Shown here piece after piece: positions 18,634 to 29,084 of a DNA stretch of 46,987 nt. This stretch comes from Patescibacteria group bacterium (lineage in GTDB: Bacteria; Patescibacteriota; JAHJAL01), in contig JBMORM010000022.1 in the NCBI GenBank assembly GCA_049322675.1, positions 1 through 46,987 of the forward strand, written 5' to 3'. Positions within the stretch are counted from its first letter, which is position 1. Each line of letters opens with the position of its first letter. The position numbers and the translations under genes were made by a program. Below the pieces are notes generated by a model. That model saw only the letters and a list, made by a program, of their open reading frames with translations. It was not told where the DNA came from and did no database searches.

Positions 18634-19767
18634 TTAATAGGTGTATTTTTGATTAAGCTCAAAATTGGCTTTGTTTTTAAGAAATATTAGATTTTGTTGT
18701 TCGGAGTGAAAGAGATTATAATTGGAGATTAATTCCGCTTGGACACGATTGATATCGACAGTTGAGAGATTGTTTTTTAGATAGTTTATTCCGGAAAGAA
18801 GTTCTTTTTTGTCTATATTGAAGTTAGGGGAAAGAATAGCGATAAATTTGTCGAGATTGTTTTTTTTGTTTCCCGATTGATTCAATAATAAATCCAGTTT
18901 AAAAAACGAGAGAATGTCGTTGATGGATGGTCCGTTGATATTGGCTTGTTTAAAAATATTTCGAAAATCGAAATCTGAGGTAAGTGTTTCGATAAATTCT
19001 TTGGAAAAATTATTTTCTTTCAAGAGTTGATTGCACTGTTCGAGCCGGTTTTTGCGATTTTCTGGTTCGTAAAAAGCTAGGGCTTGATTGATGATATTGT
19101 AGTCTTTGCGATTGCCTTTGAGTTGTGGGGTGGTATAGTCAGATATTTCTTTGATGTCGCCAATGAATTTGGTGAGATAGATATAACGGTTATTTTTTTT
19201 ATTCCAGTTGGAATATCCGGTGTCATTGAGCAAGATTTTGGCAAAACGGCTTTCAATAGCGGATAATTGTGCCAATTCATCAGGGGCGATGTTTTTGTTG
19301 AATCGGAGATACAGTTTTGGTAGATGTCTTTTGAGAATAGGTCGGATAAATCTTGTGCGCATTTGTTCAAGATATTCGGGTTGGTTTTGATAATATTTTT
19401 GGATATCATCCCAACCTTCGACTGCACTGGTAATGGTTTGTCGATCTTCTTCGGTTAAATTGGTAAAAATGTTTTTTTGTTCTTCGATAAATTTCCCGCC
19501 GCTGTTGTTTTTGATGGTGTTGTGGATGGAACCGACTTTTACTTCAGTTTCTTGGATAGTGGAATTGCCGCTGCGGACGGCATCGGTCCAGGTTTCATTA
19601 CCGACTTTAGCGACCAGGTTGTTGAGCCTGAGTCGCTGTTCCTCAGTGGTTTTTTGGTAAGTGTCATAATTTTTTTGCCAGTCGGTTGAATTGTTTTGAT
19701 CTGTTTTGGAATTATTTTTTTCAACTGAGTTTTGCTGTTGGTTTTCGTTTGGTTGTTGGTTTAGCAT
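18634..19767 (-). CDS. Hypothetical protein (N/K/Q-rich)
   Basis: 377-aa ATG ORF. No motif recognised. Confidence 0.65.
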   Translation of the reverse strand: MLNQQPNENQQQNSVEKNNSKTDQNNSTDWQKNYDTYQKTTEEQRLRLNNLVAKVGNETWTDAVRSGNSTIQETEVKVGSIHNTIKNNSGGKFIEEQKNIFTNLTEEDRQTITSAVEGWDDIQKYYQNQPEYLEQMRTRFIRPILKRHLPKLYLRFNKNIAPDELAQLSAIESRFAKILLNDTGYSNWNKKNNRYIYLTKFIGDIKEISDYTTPQLKGNRKDYNIINQALAFYEPENRKNRLEQCNQLLKENNFSKEFIETLTSDFDFRNIFKQANINGPSINDILSFFKLDLLLNQSGNKKNNLDKFIAILSPNFNIDKKELLSGINYLKNNLSTVDINRVQAELISNYNLFHSEQQNLIFLKNKANFELNQKYTY

Positions 19768-19845
19768 ATTTTTTTGTTTAAATTATTTATTTGTTTACTA
19801 CTAGTTGTTTTTATAATTTTGATTTTGTTGGTTTTTTTTATTTTT

Positions 19846-21627
19846 CTACTCCTTGGTGGCGGTCCAGACTTCTTCGATGGTGGTAATGCCGTCGAGGACT
19901 TTTAATAAGCCATCTTGCTCCATGGTGGTCATACCTTCTTCGGCGGCGGCTTTTTGGAGGGCGGAGAGGGAGAGATTGTTTAAAACAACTTGTTCAATCT
20001 TGGGAGTAATACCAAATGTTTCGATGACAGCGATACGTCCTTTGAATCCGGTGTGGTTACAAGCGGCACAACCAACGCCGTGACTGAGAGTGGTCTGAAT
20101 GCCTGTTTTGCCGCGGCGTTTGTTTTGGGGGATTGAATCAAAAATTCGTTGCATTTCCTGGATGACGAGAGGGTCCGGTTGGTAATCTTGGCGACAGTTG
20201 TTACAAATTTTTCTGACCAATCGTTGGGCGATAATCAAATTGATGGAACTGATAATCAGGTAGGGTTTTATGCCCATTTCGATCAAGCGGGGGAGGGCGC
20301 CGGCGGCGTTGTTGGTATGCAGGGTGGAGAGAACGAGGTGACCGGTCAAAGAGGCTTGGGTGGCGATTTCGGCGGTTTCGGCGTCGCGGATTTCACCCAC
20401 CAGGACTTTGTCCGGATCTTGACGGAGGATAGCGCGGAGGCCTTTGGCAAAGGTGTGGCCGCGTTCGGCGTCGATTTGACTTTGGGTGATGCCGGCGATA
20501 CGATACTCGACCGGATCTTCCAGGGTGATAATTTTGGATTCGGGGTCGTTGAGTTCTTGTAAAATCGCGTAGAGAGTGGTGGTTTTACCGGAGCCGGTAG
20601 GACCGGTGTTGAGAATCATGCCGTTGGGTTTGTGAATGGCGTTGTTGATGGCGATGTTGATATCATCCGGGAAACCAAGTTCGGCTAGAGTTACAAATTT
20701 GTCACTTTGTTCGAGCAGACGCATAACGGTTGATTCGCCATAAATGGTTGGCAAAACGGAAACACGAATATCAAATCGGGAATCGGCGGCGGTGATAGAA
20801 AAACGTCCGTCTTGGGCCAGACTGCCGATATCCAATTTCATTTTGGCTAAAAATTTGATACGAGACATCAGAGATTTGAAGGCGACTTTGTCGAGCATGG
20901 CCACGTCTTGCAGGGCGCCGTCGAGACGATAGCGAAGGCGGATTTGATTTTCGGTTGGTTCGATGTGAATGTCGGAAGCGCCGATTTTGACAGCGCCGGT
21001 CATGATGATATCGATCAAGTCGGTAGTCGAGACGGTTTTTATTTTTTGTTGTAGTTGTTGGAGGTTGGAGATTTCGTTTTCAAACCGGGCTTCCTTGTCT
21101 TTGTTGATTTCTATTTTTTCGGTGTCGGTGACTTCGGGGACAAGAATGTCATAGATTTTGAGAACATAATCAATGCTACTGTCGGTGCAAAGACTGACTA
21201 AAAATTCATAGCCGGTGGCGTCCTGAAATTTTTTCAATACTTCCAAGACTACTTGGTTGTAGTCGATGGCGGCGATACGGATTTTTTTGCTGGCCTTGAG
21301 GTAAGGAACGACGCGATATTTGGTGGCGATGTCTTTGGGGATGATAGACAGGACTTCCGGACTGATGGGGTAGTTGATTAGATTGACGTAGGGGAGATTG
21401 AATTTTTTGGCTTTGCTCTGGGCGATTGCTTCCTCTTCTTCTTGTTGAAAAACGCGAACGGTTTGGGCAACTTTTTGGGCTTTGCCGTGGCCGATTTCTT
21501 TGGATTTTTGTTGAACGGCCATGACTTGTTTAGCGGCCTCGACTTCTTCCCGCATTTTTTGCATCAGTCGTTGAGGGGTGTCGCCGGTATTGAAAGTGAC
21601 TTGATTTTGATTGTTTTCGTCGGTCAT
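19846..21627 (-). CDS. pilB: PilB/GspE-family secretion/pilus assembly ATPase
   Basis: 593 aa with ASDIHIEP, GPTGSGKTTT, TLEDPVEY, LRQDPD, TGHLVLSTLHTN and a tetracysteine motif CNNC...CAAC. Confidence 0.9.
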   Translation of the reverse strand: MTDENNQNQVTFNTGDTPQRLMQKMREEVEAAKQVMAVQQKSKEIGHGKAQKVAQTVRVFQQEEEEAIAQSKAKKFNLPYVNLINYPISPEVLSIIPKDIATKYRVVPYLKASKKIRIAAIDYNQVVLEVLKKFQDATGYEFLVSLCTDSSIDYVLKIYDILVPEVTDTEKIEINKDKEARFENEISNLQQLQQKIKTVSTTDLIDIIMTGAVKIGASDIHIEPTENQIRLRYRLDGALQDVAMLDKVAFKSLMSRIKFLAKMKLDIGSLAQDGRFSITAADSRFDIRVSVLPTIYGESTVMRLLEQSDKFVTLAELGFPDDINIAINNAIHKPNGMILNTGPTGSGKTTTLYAILQELNDPESKIITLEDPVEYRIAGITQSQIDAERGHTFAKGLRAILRQDPDKVLVGEIRDAETAEIATQASLTGHLVLSTLHTNNAAGALPRLIEMGIKPYLIISSINLIIAQRLVRKICNNCRQDYQPDPLVIQEMQRIFDSIPQNKRRGKTGIQTTLSHGVGCAACNHTGFKGRIAVIETFGITPKIEQVVLNNLSLSALQKAAAEEGMTTMEQDGLLKVLDGITTIEEVWTATKE

Positions 21628-21640
21628 AGGGGTAAAATTA

Positions 21641-21727
21641 AATTTTCAATTTTCAATTTTCAATTTCCAAATATGTATTGTCGCAAGATTGGGAAAAAGA
21701 GAATTGAATAATTAATAATTGGAAATT
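21641..21727. repeat. Short heptamer hairpin element
   Basis: (aattttc)3 aatttcc ... aattggaaatt fills the gap between the 1904-aa gene and pilB. Confidence 0.7.
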
Positions 21728-24700
21728 AAAAGTTGATGTGGATGTAGTCTTGGCATTTGGTCATAAATTGGTTGTCGCGATCGGTGCAATCGTTTTTCCA
21801 GACGTCATTTTTGACATTGATGTCGGATAGTTGCCGGTCGTCGCGGGGCCAGATTTTTAGCAATTTTTCGGTGGCTTTTTTGGTTATTTTGTCAAAAACT
21901 TTTTTGGGATATTCGGAGAACATTTGGTGCCAGTAGAATTTGGGAAGGATGAGGTGAGAATTTTTTTGGTCTTCGGTTGATAATTGACCGTCGGATTCAC
22001 TGGCAATGTCATAGAAAAATTGGGTGCGGCGGTTGCGGTCGTAGCTTAAAATAATGTCAGTAAGATGAATCATGTTGTCTTCGGCGATTTTTCCTTTGCA
22101 TTTTTCAAATATTTGTGAGGTCAGGCCGCCGATTACTCCGGAAATGGCGCCTTGGGTGAGGCCGCCGGTGAGGTTTAACCCATTGGAAAGGTCACCGAGG
22201 GGATTGTTGAGATTGAGATTGATGTCGGGGAGCAAGCTAGTGAGTTGAGGAATGGCCATTTGAGTTAGAGAAGAAAGGGAGAGATTGCCGTTGAGTAGAT
22301 TTTGTAGATTGCCAAAGAGAGGTCCTTGGAGATTGGCCGGAAGATTGTTTAATAAATTGTTTTGCAAATAATTCATGGCGGTATTGGTTACAAATTGGTC
22401 AATGTCGCCGGAGAATAGTTGTCCGAGGCCGTTGGGGAAAATACTGGTGAGATTGTTGTTGGCCAGGAAGTTGTTGATTTGCGGGGAAAATTGATCAAAG
22501 GCCAGGTTGGCGATGTTTTGGGGGCTCATGTTTTGGAGGGCGTTTATGATCGTGCCGCCGTATTGTCCGACGAGATCGGAATAGGCGTTGGGGCCGGCTA
22601 GTCGGTCGATCAGGCCGCCGGTGGAGATCATGCTTAGACCAGTGTTGACGTCCAAGTTTCCGGAAAGAATGTTGCCGTAGATACTAGATATGTCATTGAG
22701 CAAGGTCGGGCTGACGTTTTTGAAGACGGAGTTTTGCAAGGTCGGATTGGCAAACAATTTGGGGAAATTTTTGGGGTCGCCGCCGAGAGTGTTGCTGATT
22801 TCTTGCAGGGCAGTGATTTTGTCCAAACCGGAGTTGGCGGAGATGTAGTTGGCCATGATGTCTTGAGTGCCGGTAAGAATATTTTGCGGAGAAGGATTGG
22901 CGATAAAATTGTTGTAAAATTGATCGATCGGTAAATTGCCAAATTGGGAGGAGACGGATTGGTAGTTTTCCTGGAAGAGAGGAATGTTGTTCAAGGTTTG
23001 ATAAACATTGCCGGAAGAAATCGAATTGAAGACGTTGTTGAAATCTATGTCGCTGTTTTGGAATGAAAGATTATTGAAAATATTATTTTGTTTGGCAAAA
23101 TTTAGCATTTGGTTTTGGCCGGTATCAAAACTGCCGGTGGTCCAGGAATTGACGATACCCATGGTGTTTACCAAATCTTTGATTTGATTTTCATTGAGGT
23201 TTAGGTCAGCGGGATTGGAAATATCGATTCCAGTTAGGTTGTAGGCGGTGGTGACGCTGCCAATGTTGGCCAGGTTTTGGGCGGAAGTGTTTTGATCTTG
23301 TCCGAGTTGGGAAAGAGTTTGGTAGATATAATTTGTTCCTCCCAGATGGGCGAGGTAATCAACAGTTTGGGTGGTGCCGTCAGCGTTTTTGATGGAGAGA
23401 AGATATTTGTTTTTGAAAGCGGTTTCGTAAGGATCGGCAGTGGTGGAATTGGGTTGTCCGCCGGGGCGGAAAATACTGATTTGAGCTGGTTTTTCTTTTG
23501 ATTTTTGCAAGACATAGGTGGTGGTTTCCAACAATTTGAAAGCTCCCAGGTTGTTGTGGTAGGTACTGTTTGGGTTGATTCCGGGGACAATTATTTCGGC
23601 CAGATTTATCTGCGGATAAGCATAGTAGGTGGTGTTGGAGGTGAGGTTGGCAAGATCGGTGCGGTTGGTATCCGAAATATTTTGATTTTCATAATCGGTT
23701 TGGGAAACATAGACCAAGGAACGCAAATCGATTTTTTGTTGGTGCAATAGATTGGTAAGGGCAAAATCTTGATTGGTGCCAAAATCGAGAAGATAAGTGG
23801 TGTCTTGGTAGTCAAAATTGCCGGAACTGCCGGTTAAAAGGTAAAAAGTATCGGAAGGAGTAAATGATAATTTGATCGGTTGGATGGTGGTTTGGTAGTA
23901 ATTTATATAGGTTTGGGCTTTGGCGGCATTGTTGATGGTGTTGATAATACGATTGCGGTAGGCACTGATTGTTTCTGAAGATTGAGTAAAATTTTGTTGA
24001 AATTTTTGTTCGATTTGATTGAGGAGGTTGGAATTGTTTTGATTTTCGGCGGCGATATAGTTGAGCAGATATGGTAGCTTGGCGGCGTCTTCTTCGGAAT
24101 AGGTAGCGCCAATCCGACTAAGGACGGTTTCGGCAGTTAGGGCCGATAAAGCGTATTCGTCGCCGAGAGCGGGGCTGGTGCCTTTTTCGATAATATTTTT
24201 TAGAGAATATTCATTGAGATTAAGATTGCCTTGAGTAAGTTTAGCGTAGTCAAGGTCTGTTTTGATGTCGTTGACGAAAGCGGAATGTCCGCCAGGGTAG
24301 GCATCGGGATTTTGGAGATAATCGTAGATTTTGGTAATTTTTTCTTCGGGTATGGGTAATAAGTTTTGTAGATCTTCTTTGGAAAGACTTTTTAGGGTTG
24401 AGTGAAGAGTTGGAGTTTGGTTTGAGCTGATTTGATTGTTTATATTGTTGGCAATTGACTGATTGTTGGCTTGCTGTGAGATAATGCTGGCGGAATTGGA
24501 GAGAAAATTGGATTGCGGGTTGGACGGATCAAATAGATTGGCGGTAGGCAGGGAGGCGATTTTGTTGAAAATATTTTGTCCCAAGCGATTGGAAATTCCG
24601 GTAAAGCCGGTGCCGGAGAGATTGGATAGATCCAGAACGTCGCTGGGCCAGGCAAAAGTTTGATTATTGAGTTGTTGCAGGCCGGTGTTGGCTAGTGAAT

Positions 24701-27440
24701 ATAGGGCAGCTTGGGTGGGGTTGCCACTATTGATTGAGTTGGAAATCAGGTTGGAAATAGTGGGTGGTAGATCGACTTCGCCGATTGAGCGGTTGAACAT
24801 ATCCAAGGCGATACTTTGATAATCGCCGGACATCAAAGATGACATGATTGGAGTAAAAGAGCCGCCGGGGAAATCAAAAGCTTGATTTAGATAATTGGAA
24901 CCGATGTTGGAAACCAAGGATTCGAAGTTGGGATTGAGAGGATCAAAATTGAAAGGAAGGCCCAATTGGCCAAATAGGTCGCTGGTTAGACTTTGACCGA
25001 TATTGGACATCATTGAAGTAAAATCTCCGTTCATCAGTTGGTAAAAATCCAGATTTCCCAATCCGATGTTGCCAAATAAATTATTGAGAGGATCAGTGAC
25101 GAGATCGCCGATGGTGCCGGTAATGCCAAATTGGTTGAGGTCGCCGACAGGTAGGATATTGGTGGCGGCGCCGAGGATATTGTTGGCAAAATTGTTGTGA
25201 GCCCATTGGACTTGGACTGGTTGATAGACGTCTTGAGCGCTGTCGAGTAAAATTGGGCAGCAGGGAATAGGAACTTCGGGGCAAGGAGTGGGACAGGTTT
25301 GCAAGCCGCGACAACCGGCACAATCCAAACGTTCGTTGTAGAGTCCGATTTCGCTAATGTCCATGGCGCGGAGGTCATAGTGGGTGTTGACAATATTTAA
25401 GGAATCTTTGTCTTGTTTTTCTTTTTGATTTTTTTCGTCGCTGTAAAAAGGGGCGTCCAGGCCGATCCAGATTTTGAGGTGGCCGCGGTCTTTGTAGGGG
25501 ACGCCGATATTGTCAACTCCTCCTGAGAGCCATTTGCCGGCATATATCATTTGACTGATACCGCAAGTAGGCATGAGAGAACAATTTTTGGGATCGTTTT
25601 CCAGTTTGTCGCCACACATTGAGATTATATCTCCGGGAGTGGTGGCTTGTTGAATGACGTTGTCTTTTTTGTAATTTTCGTAGTCTTCACCAGTTTGTTC
25701 CCAGACGTGAAAAATATAGCTGAGTAGATAATATATTTTGGCATCCGGTTTGATATTTTTTCCGTTGTAGTTGGAATATTCTGATTTGTTTTGAGGAAGT
25801 AAGACGGCTAGTTCTTGGGGATTGGCAAATTCCAGAGCAGGTGGCATTTTTTCGTCGCGCGGTTTGGTTTCTTCTTCCAGGGTACTGTTGATGGTGGCGA
25901 CGTGAGTGTCGAGAAGTTTAATTTTTTCTTGTTTGGTTGCGTCGTCTAAAAGACTGGATTGGATAAATTCTTTTTGTCGTTCGGCGACCATTTCGATCAT
26001 TTTTCCGGCGTTGGTTTGGCGAGAGGCACGAAGGGCTTTGTCGTCAACTTTTTGATTTTTTATTTCGGCTCCTTGACCGGTTTGGATTAAAAGATATTCA
26101 AATATTTCATTGAAGTTGGCCAAGCTTAACCATTTTGATTCCAGAGTCAGGTAATGTGTTTTGAGATGGTTGTAAAATTGTTGGTCGTCATTTTTTTGTT
26201 CGGTGGTTTCGGCGGCGAGGACGTTGTCGAATAAACTATTAGGTTTATCGGTTACGGCGGTAGATTGGGGGGTATAGGCGTTTATTTCATTGTTGAGACC
26301 TTTAATTTTTTCCAAGAGAGGGATCATTTCTTCGGAAGTGTCGGCTTTGGCAATTTCTTGATTGGCCAGTTGATCCAATTCGTCTTCCAGACCGGAAACT
26401 ACCTTGGCAAAATTTTTAAAACCGGAAGATACATTGCTGGAACTGGCGATGATTTCGGTGGTGGGAGCGTTGGGGTCGTCGAGGCTGATAGCTTCTCGGG
26501 AGACTTGAGCGGGGGCGCCGGAGGCTTTGGTAAATGGTTCGACTTGGGCATCCACCAGTGCGGTTTCTTTATTTTGTGAACCGCCGGGACCGAAGCCCAT
26601 GAACCAGGAGAAAATACCCATGGCCAAGATCAAAGCGATCATGGCAGGGATAGAAACGGCAATACCGATTGGCCATCTTAGTCTCCAGACTATGTCCAAT
26701 GCTAAACTGAGTATATCCAAGGCGGCTTTACCGTAACGAACGATTTTGACTCCGATACCAACAGGGGCACCGACACCGGAAGCGATGGCGGCGTCTTCGG
26801 CCACTTCTGCTCCAGGTTCGGCGGCTAGGTCGCCCGCGACAGCACCAGCTTTGGCGGCTGTGCCGGCTGTTTCTGCCGCGGTTTCCGCGGCCTCAATTCC
26901 TTTTTGGGCGGCTTCAGCTCCTTTTTCCGCGCCTTCGGCTCCTTTTTCTAATCCGTCTTTGGCGTCAGGGGCATTGAGATTGGTGTTATCTGTCTCTTCG
27001 CTTTTTGGTTGATCGGGATTTTTGTCATCAGTTTTTTTGTCGTCTTTATCTTCTTTATTTTTATCTTTTTCTTGGTCATTTTCTTTGTCTTTATCTTTTT
27101 TGTCATCCGAGTCTTTTTTGTCTCCGGATTTTTCTTTGGGCTCATTGGTTTGGCTTGGTTTTTTGCCGCCCGGCAGGTTTGAACTTCCGTCGGAATCGCC
27201 ATTGGAGTCTGATCCTTGGGGTGAGCCGCCGGAGGGGGTGGATGATCCGCCTTGATTGTCGGGGGTTGAGGTTGGGCTGTCTGATTTGGGTTGAGCGGGG
27301 GAGGAAGATGGTTCCTGGATGGGGGAAGGACTATAGCTGATGCCACTACCTGATCCGGGAGTTGTTTTGGTAGTATCGGAGGTAGATGAACTCTTTTTGG
27401 TTGTTTCTTCAGTGGTTGTTCTTTTTATTTGTTGAAACAT
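21726..27440 (-). CDS. Giant membrane-anchored protein with low-complexity N-terminus and long N/L/Q/G/S-rich region
   Basis: 1904-aa ORF. An S/P/D/K-rich N-terminus precedes a hydrophobic segment at ~aa 240-283, a Cys-rich motif CAGCRGLQTCPTPCPEVPIPCCP and a C-terminal DYIHINF. Confidence 0.8.
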   Translation of the reverse strand: MFQQIKRTTTEETTKKSSSTSDTTKTTPGSGSGISYSPSPIQEPSSSPAQPKSDSPTSTPDNQGGSSTPSGGSPQGSDSNGDSDGSSNLPGGKKPSQTNEPKEKSGDKKDSDDKKDKDKENDQEKDKNKEDKDDKKTDDKNPDQPKSEETDNTNLNAPDAKDGLEKGAEGAEKGAEAAQKGIEAAETAAETAGTAAKAGAVAGDLAAEPGAEVAEDAAIASGVGAPVGIGVKIVRYGKAALDILSLALDIVWRLRWPIGIAVSIPAMIALILAMGIFSWFMGFGPGGSQNKETALVDAQVEPFTKASGAPAQVSREAISLDDPNAPTTEIIASSSNVSSGFKNFAKVVSGLEDELDQLANQEIAKADTSEEMIPLLEKIKGLNNEINAYTPQSTAVTDKPNSLFDNVLAAETTEQKNDDQQFYNHLKTHYLTLESKWLSLANFNEIFEYLLIQTGQGAEIKNQKVDDKALRASRQTNAGKMIEMVAERQKEFIQSSLLDDATKQEKIKLLDTHVATINSTLEEETKPRDEKMPPALEFANPQELAVLLPQNKSEYSNYNGKNIKPDAKIYYLLSYIFHVWEQTGEDYENYKKDNVIQQATTPGDIISMCGDKLENDPKNCSLMPTCGISQMIYAGKWLSGGVDNIGVPYKDRGHLKIWIGLDAPFYSDEKNQKEKQDKDSLNIVNTHYDLRAMDISEIGLYNERLDCAGCRGLQTCPTPCPEVPIPCCPILLDSAQDVYQPVQVQWAHNNFANNILGAATNILPVGDLNQFGITGTIGDLVTDPLNNLFGNIGLGNLDFYQLMNGDFTSMMSNIGQSLTSDLFGQLGLPFNFDPLNPNFESLVSNIGSNYLNQAFDFPGGSFTPIMSSLMSGDYQSIALDMFNRSIGEVDLPPTISNLISNSINSGNPTQAALYSLANTGLQQLNNQTFAWPSDVLDLSNLSGTGFTGISNRLGQNIFNKIASLPTANLFDPSNPQSNFLSNSASIISQQANNQSIANNINNQISSNQTPTLHSTLKSLSKEDLQNLLPIPEEKITKIYDYLQNPDAYPGGHSAFVNDIKTDLDYAKLTQGNLNLNEYSLKNIIEKGTSPALGDEYALSALTAETVLSRIGATYSEEDAAKLPYLLNYIAAENQNNSNLLNQIEQKFQQNFTQSSETISAYRNRIINTINNAAKAQTYINYYQTTIQPIKLSFTPSDTFYLLTGSSGNFDYQDTTYLLDFGTNQDFALTNLLHQQKIDLRSLVYVSQTDYENQNISDTNRTDLANLTSNTTYYAYPQINLAEIIVPGINPNSTYHNNLGAFKLLETTTYVLQKSKEKPAQISIFRPGGQPNSTTADPYETAFKNKYLLSIKNADGTTQTVDYLAHLGGTNYIYQTLSQLGQDQNTSAQNLANIGSVTTAYNLTGIDISNPADLNLNENQIKDLVNTMGIVNSWTTGSFDTGQNQMLNFAKQNNIFNNLSFQNSDIDFNNVFNSISSGNVYQTLNNIPLFQENYQSVSSQFGNLPIDQFYNNFIANPSPQNILTGTQDIMANYISANSGLDKITALQEISNTLGGDPKNFPKLFANPTLQNSVFKNVSPTLLNDISSIYGNILSGNLDVNTGLSMISTGGLIDRLAGPNAYSDLVGQYGGTIINALQNMSPQNIANLAFDQFSPQINNFLANNNLTSIFPNGLGQLFSGDIDQFVTNTAMNYLQNNLLNNLPANLQGPLFGNLQNLLNGNLSLSSLTQMAIPQLTSLLPDINLNLNNPLGDLSNGLNLTGGLTQGAISGVIGGLTSQIFEKCKGKIAEDNMIHLTDIILSYDRNRRTQFFYDIASESDGQLSTEDQKNSHLILPKFYWHQMFSEYPKKVFDKITKKATEKLLKIWPRDDRQLSDINVKNDVWKNDCTDRDNQFMTKCQDYIHINF

Positions 27441-27474
27441 GGTTTTGGGGAGAGTTAATAATTAACGATAGTTT

Positions 27475-27595
27475 AGTTGAAAGTTTGAAAGTTATAAAGT
27501 TTTTTCGTTTCAACTTTCAACTTTGTAACTTTATAACTGATTTTTCTGTTTTTAAGAGTTTTAAAGGGTTTGTAAGTGTTTCTAAGAGTTTTTTA
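27475..27595. repeat. AAAGTTN/NAACTTT hairpin followed by a 10-mer GTTTNNAAGA tract
   Basis: agttgaaagtttgaaagttataaagtt...aactttcaactttgtaactttataact (27475-27538), then 10-nt periodic repeats at 27548-27595. Confidence 0.7.
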
Positions 27596-29083
27596 ATGAA
27601 GTGGCAGAGAATAAAGTTTGTTTGCTTTGTCGGTGAAATAGACGTTTGTTCCGTCGGAGAAGATATTTTTGACATTGTTTAAGTATTGAAAATTACCGGC
27701 AAAGAGGTTGGTTTTGGTACCGGTTTCGACATTGATAAGGTAGAGAGCATCGGAGGTGGATGGATCTTTGAGAGAGGTTAGGTTGTCCGGTGTATTGTTT
27801 GGGCTGAGGATGTTCGGTTGTTGAGGTGAAACGGGAATGGCGGAGATTATTTCTTGGTCATTGAGCCAGTAACTTTTTTCGACGGTGGTATAGATTTCCA
27901 AGTTTTTATGCTCAGTGCCATTGGTATCCGTTAGCCAAAGTGATGGTTTGTTTTTTTGTGAACTTTCGATTTTGGTATAGAGGATTTTTTGGTTGTCGGG
28001 GGACCAAAGGGCGGAAAGGATATTTTTTTCGGCGATTTTGGATACTTGTTGATTTTCAAGGTTAAAAATATTGAGTGAACCGGTAATTTCGTAACCTGAT
28101 TCCAATGGGGTGGGGATGAGAATTACTTTTTGGTTATCAGGTGAGGGGATTATTTTGGGGAAGAAAATGGCATTTTGATTTAGATCCAATATATTTTGCC
28201 ATTGCTCGCCGTTTTGATTGGCGGTATTTAAAGAGTTGGTAAAATCCAAGGTTTTACCTTCAATGTATTCGTTGATTTTGAAATAGTCGTAGATGATTCG
28301 ATCGTTGCTTATCCAGTTTATTTCTCGAATATCGCGGTTGATGAAAATAGTTTCTTGATTGTCAAAGTTGATAAACCAGGTAGTGATAGTATTGTCGGCA
28401 ATTTCCGGTTTGTAAAATGGGCTGGGAGTTGGGGTGTAGATGGTGTTGTTTTCGTCACCGAGTGATTTGGCGTAACCGCCGCTTAGGGCAATATTGTCAT
28501 TGCTAATTTGTATAATCGCTTTATTTTTGTCGGGAGAATATAGTATTTTTTTCAGACCGATGAGGGGATGGGGGAACATTTCAGTTTGATTTTTGGAGGT
28601 GAGATTGTAGGATGTCAATTTGTTGTTGGCTTGGTTGACGTATAATATTTCTTCGTTGTTTTTTAGAGTAGCAAAAGAGACATCGTTGACGATGAGGGGT
28701 TTGTCGAGGAAGATATTGAGAGTAATTGTTTCGTGAAATTTTGGATTAATTTCGATGAATTTTGAGGTGTATTGGTCTTTGCTGGCTTTGAGGTAGTAGT
28801 AATAATTGGGTTCGAGTTTGAGGCTTAGGTTATTGATATTTTCTTTGGTGAGATATATTTCCCGTTGCACGGTTTCACCATTGTTCATTAATACCGATTT
28901 TTCTACTACCAAATTTACTTCTTCGAGGTTGGGTTGGATAATCACGGTGGCCAATTTGTATTGATTCCAAAACATAATGGCAAAGAAAATAATTATCACT
29001 AAAATCAAAGAAATGATAATATTTCGTTTGGTAAAATATTTACTCAGATTGGAATAAAAATTTTCAGTTTGATTTTCTTCCAT
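27593..29083 (-). CDS. Membrane-anchored TolB/WD40-like beta-propeller protein
   Basis: 496 aa with an N-terminal TM and repeated YSPDKNK, PSPDNQK and WSPDNQKILY blades. Confidence 0.7.
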   Translation of the reverse strand: MEENQTENFYSNLSKYFTKRNIIISLILVIIIFFAIMFWNQYKLATVIIQPNLEEVNLVVEKSVLMNNGETVQREIYLTKENINNLSLKLEPNYYYYLKASKDQYTSKFIEINPKFHETITLNIFLDKPLIVNDVSFATLKNNEEILYVNQANNKLTSYNLTSKNQTEMFPHPLIGLKKILYSPDKNKAIIQISNDNIALSGGYAKSLGDENNTIYTPTPSPFYKPEIADNTITTWFINFDNQETIFINRDIREINWISNDRIIYDYFKINEYIEGKTLDFTNSLNTANQNGEQWQNILDLNQNAIFFPKIIPSPDNQKVILIPTPLESGYEITGSLNIFNLENQQVSKIAEKNILSALWSPDNQKILYTKIESSQKNKPSLWLTDTNGTEHKNLEIYTTVEKSYWLNDQEIISAIPVSPQQPNILSPNNTPDNLTSLKDPSTSDALYLINVETGTKTNLFAGNFQYLNNVKNIFSDGTNVYFTDKANKLYSLPLH

Positions 29084-29084
29084 A

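Noticed and set aside
26948-27346. K/T-rich 132-aa ORF and other ORFs overlapping the start of the giant gene
   Set aside because: They are alternative frames of a low-complexity region of the 1904-aa gene.
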